From IMG/VR virus record IMGVR_UViG_3300025168_000054, positions 15,959 through 79,958 of that record: DNA of 64,000 nt; one strand, given 5' to 3'. Below the pieces are notes generated by a model, which did not search any database, was not told the DNA's origin, and saw nothing but the letters and a program-made list of their open reading frames with translations. The translations under genes and the position numbers were made by a program. Position 1 is the stretch's first letter, and every line of letters starts with the position of its first letter. Positions 10,124 to 22,100 of this stretch are shown piece after piece. The stretch comes from a virus.

Positions 10124-13100
10124 ATGTCGTACCTGACCTCTCTTGAGAAGCGCGCGTCCTTCCCTCTGCGCCCTGCTGAGCAGAAAGAAGAGGTCAAAGT
10201 CGACGAGGTGGCCGCTCCGGCGGCTCCCGCGTTTACTTCAACGGTCCCAGGTACGGGGATTCGCCCCATCAGCGATCTTCTCCCCTCCGAGGGCAAGACG
10301 CCTGAGTACTCCTTCGGCGATGTCCCAACGCCGAAGGAGAACCCCTTTGACATCGCGTTCGGTTCTCGGGAGAAAGTCGCCGCGCTGTACTCTGAGATAG
10401 TCGATACAACCGCGAGAAAGCGCTACGAAGCGGGTCAGTTGGCGGAGAAGTACAACTTCGACGACCAGGAAGAGGAGGGGTTTTTCGTCGGCCTCGCCAA
10501 GGAAGCGGGGGAGACTCTCATGGGGCGGGAGATTCTGCCGCGGGAGCCTTCGGACGAAAAGGTGGTGCTCAAGCGCACAGACGTTGACTCCTACATGGTT
10601 GAGTCACCAGTCTCAGTCTCAGGACGGCCTTCGCCGGTAACGGGACTATCTCAGCTCGTGCTGGGTGCCTCTGCGATTGATCCCGAGTCTCGCCCAGCGC
10701 GAGAGCTCAAGAAGCAAGGTCGAACGGCGAAGAAGATTCCCAACGCAGAAGATATTCGTGTCAACGTCACGAACGAGCGGCTTCGCGCAGCGTTTATCTC
10801 TCAGGCTAAAGACAAGGAGTCCGGGGCTCAGTCGTATAGCGCCTATGTGCAGCGCATCGCCGATAACCTCGCGAAGGAAGGCAAAGACGCCACTTTCCGA
10901 GACGCGCAGCTCTTTATCGCCGGGAACGTGATTGCACGCTTGCCCAAGCCTGCAGGGCAAGGTGACCCCGGCATCGTCGTCGCACAGCGTGATGCAGTAA
11001 ACCTCGTGTCGCAGTACACCGACCCGAGCTTCACGAGAGGCTTAGCGCAGACGTTGCCGATGGCCCCGCTCCGGTTGGGTGTAGCTGGGTCGGAGAAGCT
11101 GGGCGACCGTATTGACCCCAGTCGAGTTTTCGACCCGTACGTGGAAGAAGACACAGAGATGAAGCGGTCTGACCCGCTGGGTGCTCGCGCACGCGGGCCT
11201 ATGACCGCGAGCGAAGCAGAGCGTGCCCAGTTCCTTGAGCAGCGGATGTTCTTCCCGGTCGACTTTGAGTACGACGAAGACAAGTCGCTGAAGACATCGA
11301 CGACTGCCGCGCAGACGATGAACGACCTCATCGTGGACGGTTCTTTGATTCTTGGTGGGGCCGAGGGCAACTTCGACGACATGTACGGGGAAAGGAGTGT
11401 CACCGAGGTCTACAGCTCGAAGGTGATCTCAGGCGAGAGCGACCAGAACCGGCTTATCGCTCTGGCGGCAAAGGCGGGTATCCCCGTCGACAAGACCTAC
11501 GCTGTCACCAAGGCAGAGAGCACCGGAAATCCCGCGTCGTTTGCGTTCAACCTGCACCTGGGGCAGCACAACCCCAAGGACCCCAGCAACCCGAGGAACC
11601 GAACCGCCGAGCAAGAGCAGCGGCTGCGCCAGCTGATGGCATCTGAGGGACTCAAGGTGAACTTCGAGTCTCGGGCGGCGCAGAACTACTACGGAAAGAA
11701 CGCGCGCCGGGCGCTCGATCTCGCGGCAGCAATCAACCCGGTAGCGGCTGTTCAGGGCGGCGCCTTCGGCGAGTTCCAGGTCACGGGCAAGTACGGTGAC
11801 GCGCTTGGCTACGTCAAGGAGACGTTCCCCGAGGTCGAGACTGACGAGCAGGCCGCGGGCGTCTTTCTCAACATGTTCAAGCAGAGCCCCGGTGTCGTCG
11901 GCGATGACATGTTCGTTCGGTGGTTTCAGCGGAACCCTGACGCGCAGAAAGCAGCAAACGACGGGGACATCTCAGGTCTCGCGAAGGAGTACTACGGCAG
12001 CCTTAGCGACCCCGAAGAGGTGGGCATCTCTGCTGCGGAAAAGGCGCGCCGAGAAAAGCAGGTCGAAACTCGCGACGGTTGGGTGGGCCGAGCGACCAAC
12101 GCCAGCGAGGCGTACCTCGGCGGCATGATTGATTCCGCGCGCAAGGCCACGCGGCCGGAGGCACAGTCTGCGGAAACTTCTACGGATGATCCCCCCACGT
12201 CGCTGTCTCAGCAAGGACTGCTCGAGAACGAGAGCGTGTTTACTTCTGAAGAGTCTCGGGAAGACATCTCTCAGGTCGAGGAGGCGCTACAGCTGCGCGC
12301 AGTCGAAGTCGAGACAGGCGTTTCGACTGTGATGACCATGTTTGGCGACATGGCTCAAGCGCCAACTCCAGGGTCCTCCGCGTTTATCGCTGCGGTTGCC
12401 CCGATTAAAGACGCGAAGGAAAACGACGCACAGCTCTATACGGTCGTAAAGGACAACAGAGACGCTCCGATGGGCACCGGCTATCGGAACGTGGCGAACT
12501 TCCTGTTTGAGCGTAAGGTCAACACGACGCTCGGGGAACGCTCTCTTTCGGACCTGTCTGCAGAGGAAACAAAGAGGCTGAAGGCCGAGGCGCGACAGGA
12601 AGCCTTTGCCGTGGTCACTTCCGCGCAGACAGAGAACTTGTGGCGTACTTCGTTCTACACGTCGTTCGACTATCTCTTGGGCGAAGAGGCCGACAGCGTG
12701 TTTGCTGCGATGGCACCTCGAATCGAGGTCATGGGCCGCACCAAGGACGGCTTCGTGTTTCGCCAAGAAGGTGATGTCCTGGCTGCCGCTGCGGCGCTCG
12801 ACGCGCCGGCCGTACTGGGACAGTCGTTCAACATCGGAGTTATCGGGAACTACCTATTCCCTGCGATTGAAGCTGCGTACACGGAGTACGAGCAGGGTAA
12901 TCGCGGCGCGGCGTCCCTGGCGTTTGCTGTCACGGGGGAGACTGTGGCAGCTGTCGCGGGGTCGTTTGGGGCGTACATCCCATACAGCAATGACATTGGC
13001 GTCGAGTTCCTGAACGAAGTGCATCGCGCGGGCGTTCAGGGTGTGGCTGAGCGGCAGAACTTTGTTGAGGTGGGCCTGAGCTCAGGAGCGGACGTCTTTG

Positions 13101-16100
13101 GTTTTGCCGCGGAGTCACTGCTTGAAACTGAGATGGGGCGCGAGACGCTTGACATGCTCATCGCATCGGGGTCTCTCCCGATTCCTTATGAGCTGACCTC
13201 GCCTGGCCGCAGGCACCTCGCCGTAGTCGACATGGCTCGAGCCACAGGGACTGCCGTGGGCATGCTGGGGGGCCTTGTTGCCGCTGTTGGCGTGCCGGAT
13301 GCGACCGACTTCTTGCTTATCCCTAAAGTCATGAAGACAGGTCGACGTGCCTATCGTTTGATCAAGGACATTGACTTGTCGGTTGATGGGCTCGAGGCGC
13401 TCACAGAGACGAAGACATTCTCTCGGGCTGTGGGGTCGCGCTCAGAGATGTTCCTGCACGGAGAAGCTCGACGCACCACACTGGCCCAACTGGCAGCGAC
13501 GCTTGAGCAGACGTCGGCAAAGGACCTGCAGGGTGCTTCGAGCGACGAAATCGCGACTCTTCTTCAGTTGGTCGATGATATTCTCGACACTTCCCGTAAG
13601 CAGGATGCGACAGACGGGGTCTTCCGTAACGATCTGACAGCCAGCGTGAAGATCGAGGTGGACCTGGAAGCAGAGAGTGCGCTGAGACTTCGAGCAGAAA
13701 CTCAGACGCCCGCAGGGGAAGCCGCTCGGTACGCGTTGGACAAGGACCTCTCGAAGGACGTTCACGCCACTATCGTTGAACTCATCAAAGAGGCGTCGGC
13801 GTCAAAGGACCCTCGGCGAGTCGAGTTGGCCGAGGCACTGGGCGAGCGGCTGAAGGCTTCGCAGCTGCGCGAAGCCGTGAGCCTCTCGCCAGGCCAGACA
13901 GACGCGTTTTTGTCGGCCGCAGAAGAGGTGGTTGGTCCAAAGAAAGTCTTCGGATTCACTGAGCGTATCGAGATTCTCCGTGACGCACTCCTCCTCATCG
14001 ACCCTGCCTCCGATGGTATGGCGATTCGGAAGAAAGTGTTCAGTCGCCGGGTCACTGAAGATCGCCTTAGTCGCGTGGCCAACACGGACACTGCCGACCT
14101 GCCGGGCTTTGTCGATCCGACTCTGAGCAAGGGCTTGGACCGCTACGGGCCTGTGACCGAAGAGGCTCTTAAAAAGTCTCTAAGCACTGTGAGATTGGCT
14201 GACGCCAAGAAGGGTGAGATCCTCCAGGCTCGCACAAAGCTGCAGGGTTGGCACGATCGGTTCAAGGCCGCGGTAGCCGACAACAGCATTCTTGACCCTC
14301 AGGTTCGGAGCGTGTTGCTCGACGAGTTCAAGGCAGAGAAGCTCGGAGATTCAAACTACCGGGTCTTCAGCAACTCCGATCGAAGCCGACAGAGTAGCTA
14401 CTACCGAGGCGTCATAAAGGGCATCGAGGGTGTCGCAGGAGATGCGACCAACGCGGCGTTTGGTCAGAACATCCTGGCTCGGGGTCTTCAAGGCGTACTC
14501 GCTGCCGCTGATTCGCGCGGGGCCGCGTACAAGAGGTTCGCAGTCGCACTGGTCGACAAGAGGAAGCTCGAAGCGCTGGATTCCAGCATGGACGCCGAGA
14601 AGTTCCTTGCAGGCGGAGAGACCGCTCTGCGCATGCGGAGGTTCCGCTACGCGCTCCAGTCAGCCACGAAGGAGGGAGTGATGCAGATCATGCTCTCCAA
14701 TCCTGTGATGAGTCGGCTGATTCCAGAAGGCATTCGCGCGCAGTACGCTGTGTCCGCTTCGGCGAGGATGGCGAAGCGTCAGGAGATGCTGCGGCAGGGC
14801 AAGTCTCCGCTGGACCTCACCAACTTGCTGAAGCGAGAGGCTCTGACGAAGCTTTCACAGCGTCTGGCAGTGGCAACGACCAGCGGCGATCAGGCAATGG
14901 CCGCAAAGCTGACTGCCGACATTGACGAAGTCAAGTCTCCGCAGTTCTTTGCCAGGGTTTCCCAGTGGATGGACGATTCCATCACAGAGGTGAAGACCGC
15001 AGCCGCTGAAGGTCGAGAGCCGAATCTTCCCGGCATCGAGCTTCCTGTTGGGATCGACCCCGCCATCGTCAACCGTATGGACATGGATCCTAAGCCGCTG
15101 AGCGCTACCCGTAAGTTCTTCAGGGAGAGCTACTCGCCGGCGTTTGGTTTCGGTGCGGTGGAAGAAGTCCCCGCGGGTCCCTTGACCGCAGAGTTGCGCA
15201 CACGGCGTGCGCGACTTTCTACCTCGGAAAAGCTCGCCAACGAGGTCGTTCTTGACCACATGCTTCGCTACATGGCAGGCGTCGATCGAACCGACACCCG
15301 CGTCATCGCAGAGCGCAAGGTCACCGACTTCCTCGAGAAGCGTCTGACGGTTCGGTCAATCGGGTCGTATGACTTCGAGTCTCGTCGAGTTGAGCTGCGT
15401 ACGCAGCTTGATGACTTGTCTGAGCAGATTGCCCAGAGACGCTTCGGCCAGTCGGTCAACGACCTGGAACCACGAGCGCGCGTCCAGGTTCGCAGCGATG
15501 CGTTCAACGTCATCATTCCGTTGATGACTGACTGGGAAGCATCTTTGATCTTGGCACGCTCGTCAGAAGAGCTGAAAGAGATCCTCGCGAACGCACGCCT
15601 CATCGGTCCGCGGCTGCCTGGCGAGGAAGCCGGAGACGTCATTCTCTCGACCTTGTTTCAGGACCCGGAGTTTATGGCGCGCCTGCGTAAGACAGGCGGG
15701 GCTACGCGACGTCGCCGCAAGGCAAAGCCTGCCGCAAAGGCGGCACCAGAAACGGCGGAGACTACAGAAGCTCCCGCTCTGCCCGCTGCATCCGCCGTAG
15801 ACACGGCCGCAGCAACCGACCGCCCGGCTCGGCGCACCCGTCGGGCGGCAGTCACTATCGACAAAGAGGCAGCTCCGACTGGTCAGGTGTATGTGGCTAA
15901 GGTCGACGAGCTCGACGAGGGCGTACCTGACTCAGTGCTTGAGGCAGAGTCTGCCTTTGGTAACTCCGCGCTGCTGTGGAGCAGTCTCAGTGATCGTATG
16001 GGCGGCCTCCTCGAACAGAGTGAGGTACTGCGTGGTTCGCCTACCTTGGGGTCGGCTTCGTCTACCGTTGTCGGTCAGCGCGCAGTGGGCAGCATCGGCC

Positions 16101-19100
16101 GGCAAGTCCTCGGAGTCATGGTCGAAGGTCTGCAGGGCCTTAAAGCAGAGGATTCCTCTGACTTCTTCGTCAAGTTCGCGGAGGCGCTTAAGTCGACAAG
16201 TCGCTTCGACGAGCCCATTCGTTTGGCCGTGACTAACAACCCGGAGGTTGTGGTCACGTTGGCAGAGGTGTTCAGCAAGCAGGCTCGAGGCAACCTGACT
16301 CAGGCAGACGTCACTGCCGTCGAAAACCTGCTGCGTAAGGCGGGTGTACTTTCAAGCGAGTTGAGTGCGCAGGACCTGCTGAAGGTCAACGGCGAGGAAA
16401 CCAAGGCGGCACTGGCGGCAGATACGGTTGCTCGGGCCGATGAGTTCGTACCGTCTCCCGCAGCTACGAAGGCTACTCTGCCTGAGGAAGTTGCGCGGAG
16501 CTCTGCGCTCGAGGAGGCCGTCGAAAACATCGCCAAGGCTACGGGCTCCGATGAAATCCGCAGGCTGCTCACGGACTTGAAGGACTCTGACCACGGGCGA
16601 AACATCGAGGCCGTGCTTCGGGCTATCGACATGATCGGCCCCGAACGACTCAAGAACATCTCACTGGTCATTGAGCCGGCAGAGGGCCAGTCCGCGGCGA
16701 AGCGGATGTTCGACTTCACCAACGAGACCATCCGCGTCTACGACGACGCTCTCGAGTCCGGCGAGTTTACGCCTGAGGTGCTGTCGCAGTTGTGGCAGTC
16801 GCTGACTCGGTATGTGCCTGACGCTGAGGTCAAGGCCCTCAAGGACGAGTGGCTTAAGGAGCGCGACGCGTTCATGCGGGCGAACCCTGATCGCTTCGGT
16901 CGGGACATGACTCCGATTGGAGACTTTGTTCCAGACGAAATGACGCTCCTGTCCTTTGACCAATGGATTGCTAACGCTGCCCGCAACGTAGTTCTCGCGG
17001 AAATAAACCCAAAAATCACAAATAACCCGGTCCTTCAGGCTTTCGTCGACACGGTGTCTGCGCTTGTCGAGCAGTTCAAGCTGCGCGGCAAGAAGGTCGG
17101 GGCCATGGCCCTGGAGTTCTTGAACAAGGGCAGCCAGAAGTATCAGGAGATGGTGCGCGATGGCTCCGTGGACACGGCGATTCGCCGAGCGACGCCTGAG
17201 CAGTACTTCGGTGAGCAGCTCAAGTGGCAGGCGTTCCTCGACAACCCTGACGCGCGCAAGCCCTCAGTCAAGGCCGTAGGCGAGATGGAAGCCATCGACG
17301 AGTTGATCGATGGTGCTGCTGAGACCACGGTTAAAACTGTTGAGACATTCCTTGCGGAACGCTTCGGTAAGCGCGCGATTCTTACCGAAGAAGGTTTTTC
17401 CCTTCTCAAGGCAGAGGCTGTCAAGGACGATGTCTCTCGCGTACTGTTTTCGGGGGTCGCCGCGCGGCTGCAAGAGCTGGGTGTGTCGGCCCTCGATGCA
17501 GAGGGCAAGCCGCTGTCTCCCTTCCAGATGACGGAGCTGTTCAAGGAAGTGCGCCGCGGTTTGGTCGAAGAAGCCGCGGACGCGGCTAAGCAGGAAGGTG
17601 GCGAAAACTTCAAGAAGGTACAGCGGCTGGGCGAGTTGGAAAGCGAACTCGCCAAGTTGCGCGCCGCGGGTGAGACCGAAACTCCTCGCGTGATCAAGTT
17701 GAGCGAAGACATCAACGAGCTTGACGCTGACCTTCGGGCGACGGCGGAAAGTGCCGGCGAATCGACGTCTCCGTTCCAGCGTATGCTTGAAACGAAAACT
17801 CAGTCAGAGCGAAAGGTGCTCGCACAGAGCATCCTCGACAGTGTCGTCGCTGTGATCGCAAAGATTGATGAGTCTCCTGGGCCGATGACTCTGGATGAAC
17901 TGCTCGAGGGAGTTGAAGATCAGAGTGTCATCAACGAGGTCCGGCACTTGCTTGGCGTCGCCGGCAAGCGCGGTGACCTCTTGTCGCAAGTTCGAGATGA
18001 CGGGCGCCTGCTCCTGGCAAGAGCCCCTGGCCGCGTAGTGCTTCCCGAAGAAGACCTTTACGTCCAGACGCTTCGGGCGGAGGCTGAAGGTCGCGCGTAC
18101 GAAGCCGACGAACTCGCCGATGAGGTTGACAAGATCCTCGGTCTGAGGCCTGACATTGCTCGGGACGAAGCTCGTAAGCTGGCTTCGGGCTACCTCGAAG
18201 AGCTTCGACAGGCCGCAGCCACTGCTCGCCGTCAACGGCTTGAGCGTGGGGCTATCGACGCAAGTATGCTGGACGAGCTTTTGCTGAACGAGGCATCGTC
18301 TCTGGCAGCTGACGCCGCACGCACGGGTCTGCGGGCCGACCTCGATGTACAGATTGATGAGATCGTCGCCGCCGTCCCCGACGCAGGGACGGTGCCGTTC
18401 AACACGACGAGAAAGGTCTCTGACGACTTCGACATCGTTTCTTTCGAGTCAAACCCTGGGGTCGAGCAGGCCGCGTTTGCCTTGTCCAACGCGAGCAGCC
18501 TCAGAAAGAGCCCGCCGAAGAGCATCAAGAAGGGCGCGAACGAATCGGCCGAAGCGTTTGCTGCGCGGAGTAAGCAGCTCATGGCGACAAACCGCTCTGC
18601 GGCTATCACGCTGGTCATCGACATGTTCGAGGGTCTGCGCCCTTACATCGCGCTTCCGGCCGAGATTGTAGTCAAGCGCAACAAGGTCGATAAGACCATC
18701 TATCTAAAGGACGTCCTGCCTGGACAGGACTTTAGCAAGCTGCGGGTTTTGGATACCAAGGCGTTCTTGAAGAAGTACACCGAGCTGATCGAGGAAGCTC
18801 TCAAGGAGCAGGGGCTACTCGAAGAGGTCAAGTCACTCTCGTCGGCGATGCAGAAGAGCGAGTTCGACGACGCCGTCGCGCGTGCTCGTAAGCAGAAGTC
18901 CGTAGAGGCCGAGCCTGTGGTGGAGCCTGCGGCAGTTGAGCCTGCAGCCGCTCGGACGGCTACTGACGACCGGTTTGTGTTGAAAGCCCGTGAGATGTTT
19001 GACGACGGCAAGACTCCTCGTGCCGCGGAGAGTGTGCGAGAGGCCATCGAAAAGAACGCGGGATCTGGCGCCGCGAAGGCGTTCGGCGATGAGTACAAGT

Positions 19101-22100
19101 CCCTCAGAGACGCCGCTGTTCAAGCCCGTGTTCGTCAGGACGCCGCTGAGGCCACCACCGGTGCCGCTGAGCCTAAGGCGACTCCTTCTCCCACGGTTGC
19201 TTCGCCAACGACTACGCGGTCTTTGCCCAAGGCAGGAGAAAAGCACACGCCGCCGACGCCAGCAGAGGCTCGCGCAGAGACTGCTGCCGCGCCGAGGAAC
19301 GAACGCGGTGTCTCACTGGGCAACCCGGCACCTTCCAGAGATGACCTACCTAAGATCGAGACGGTCGTTAAGCCCTACCGCGAGATGGGCAAGCAGTCTC
19401 CTGAGACGTTGGCTGAGCACGCGAGTGCTCGTGGAATCGACCTCGCCGATCACTCGACGCCTGAAAGTCTCGCGAACGCTGTGGGTCAGGCAGACGTAAA
19501 GTCTGCGCGCGTGGCGCAGGCTGTGTCGGGTGACGCGCCTCCGGCCGCGGCCAAGGCGGCACCGCCTGAGGCCTTTGCCGCAGCGGCAGACATCACTGCC
19601 GCAGAGGCGAAGACCGTCAATGCGATAGACGCCATGGTCGATGCGCTCGCACCGGAGAACGCAGACAAGGTCGCCAAGCGTGTTGCACGTCTCCAGAAGC
19701 TTATCGACAAGTCGGAAGAGATCGAGGCGCTTTCAGCCAAGCAGGTGGTCGACTACGTCTTTGACGACCTGGATGTTGGCGCGCGAGAGACTCTGGCGAA
19801 CTCCGGGGCAATCGACGACATCGTCAAAGACCTGACGAGGATTTTCAACCAAAACGTCGCGGACGTAAAGCGAGAGTCTCGGCGGCTTCGTCGAACCTTT
19901 GAGAGTCTGCAGAAGCTCGCCAAGAAGCTGGAAGGCAAGGATCGTGAGCGGGCTCTCCGTGCTGCTGCCCGAGCGGAACGGCAAGCAACATCCATGGAGG
20001 AAGCTCTTCGCGAGCTCTTGAGGTCTGACCGGCTGGACGAGTTCGCCGATCTTCTCGAGACTGAGCGAGCAGCCGGCAAGGTTCGGCGGAAGGCAGAAAA
20101 GCAGGCCCGAGAAGAGGCCATCATCTCGTTCATCAGCCGTGGGGCACCTCCCCGCCCTCCAGGTACGCCTAAGACCCCGCGCAATCGCGGAGTAGATAAG
20201 GTCCCTAAGAACGTCAAGGGGATGGTGTATTTCCTCGACGACTCACAGGCGATTATCTACGCGTTCAAGTCGGCAGATGCTGAGACAGGTCTCCACGAGA
20301 TGGCGCACGTTTTGCGGCGCAACTTGCGGGACGCAGACCTCCAGGTTTCTTTGGGCTGGGTCAACTCTCAGCTGGAAGCGCGGGGCATGGAGAAGGTGCG
20401 CCTGGCTTACGGTGTTGACAGCCGGACGGGCAACTTCATTGGTCGAGGTGACTCTGTTCACTACGCCGAAGAGCTTTTTGCTGAAGGCTTTGAGCAGTAC
20501 ATGCGCGAGGGCGTGGCCCCGACGAAGATGCTCGAGAACGTCTTCAAGATCATGAAGGAGCTTCTGCACAACATCTTCGTCTCGGCCAAGCGACAGCCGG
20601 AGAAGATTGAAATCAGTCCTGAGATGTACGCGGTGTTTGACCGCGTCTTCGGGGCAAAGCAGACGTTCACGATGGACGACATGCCCGACGCGATGATGTT
20701 CCTCAACGTGCAGGACGACCTCGGTCGATCTGTCGTGGGCCTGGGTGGCCGGCTTGAGACTGACCTCATCCTTGAAGACACTGTGACAGGTCGTTTCCGC
20801 CAGCTTGAGATGAGCCTCGACGACTATCGCCGTCGCATGGGCAAAAGCGGCGAGGCGGGTATCGTCGGCAAGGTCGCGTCGAAGCTGCCTACTCCTAAGG
20901 CGGCTGTGGGTGGTCTCGGCTTGGGTTCACGAACCAGCCAGTACCTTGACCCTGTCAGTAGCCGCGTGCTGTCTGCCGAAGACCGCATGCTTCTCAACAG
21001 GTTCCGCCGCGGTGAGATCGAAAGGTCTGATCTGCCCAACCGACTTCTGCCTGAGATCGAGAAGGGCTTGCGTGTGACTGGTGAGGCGGCGGTGCTCGTT
21101 GGCTCGCTCACACTGAAGGCTGCGCGCCTTATGTACGGCGACGATGCTTCTCGCGTCATCCGCACGTACAACCCGGCTCAAAGAGTCCACATGAAGGCGG
21201 GAGCGAGGGAGGGTGAGGAGTTCTCTAACGGCGCGTCAGTCTTGATCAACGACATCTCTCGACGCATGGGTGCCTCTGCCGAACGCGCGCTGAACGACAT
21301 CATCAGCTACTTCTCAGGTCAGTCGGCGCAGCTGTTGACTGGGTCGGAGAGAGGTAAGAGACTCAATGCTACGAATGTAGACATCTTCGAGCACGTCTCG
21401 AGAATGTTCCACGACATGCTCTGGAGGATGGACCCAGAAGCGCGGGTTGCCTTGATACAAGCGGCAGAAAATCGTTTGAGCAAGCCGCTGCACGCGACAA
21501 CTCAGGATGACATCCTTCCGCTGTCAGGTTTGTGGAACGGCTACGTCGTCCGCAACCGAGCAACCCCAGAGAAGTCGGCGCTGTCATTTTCCGGGGAAGG
21601 AATCTTGCTGAGCAATGACTACATCGACGTAGTTAAGCCTGGACTTGCGAAGGGTGGCTCTATCGAGATCGATAGTTTTTTGCAGGACACTCTCGGAGAC
21701 CTCTATGTCGCAGTGACCGGGCAGCCCCTCAGTAAAGGTACGAAGGTTCCTCCCACAGCCTTGGATATGGCTGCGCTGCTCGTGCTTCACTCCGGCGGCT
21801 CGATGCTGAAGGCTTCCGATGGAAGCGCGGTTCACCTTGACCAGGTCTTGAAGGCCGCCGGCGTGAGCCGCGGAGAGGCTTTGATCAAGGGCGTTACCGC
21901 CGAAGTCAACGGCTCGACCGTCAAGGTCCCCGGACTCATGACGACGTCAGTCGCCGTTGAGCGTCGCTTGCCAGTGCTCATGTCTCTGGGGCATGCCGGG
22001 TTTGCGTCAGGCATGCTCGACGACGCGGCGAAGTGGGGCTTTGGTCTTACCGGACGAGAGTACCGAGCGTTCATGCGCTACGTCACAGGTCAGCAAGGGG

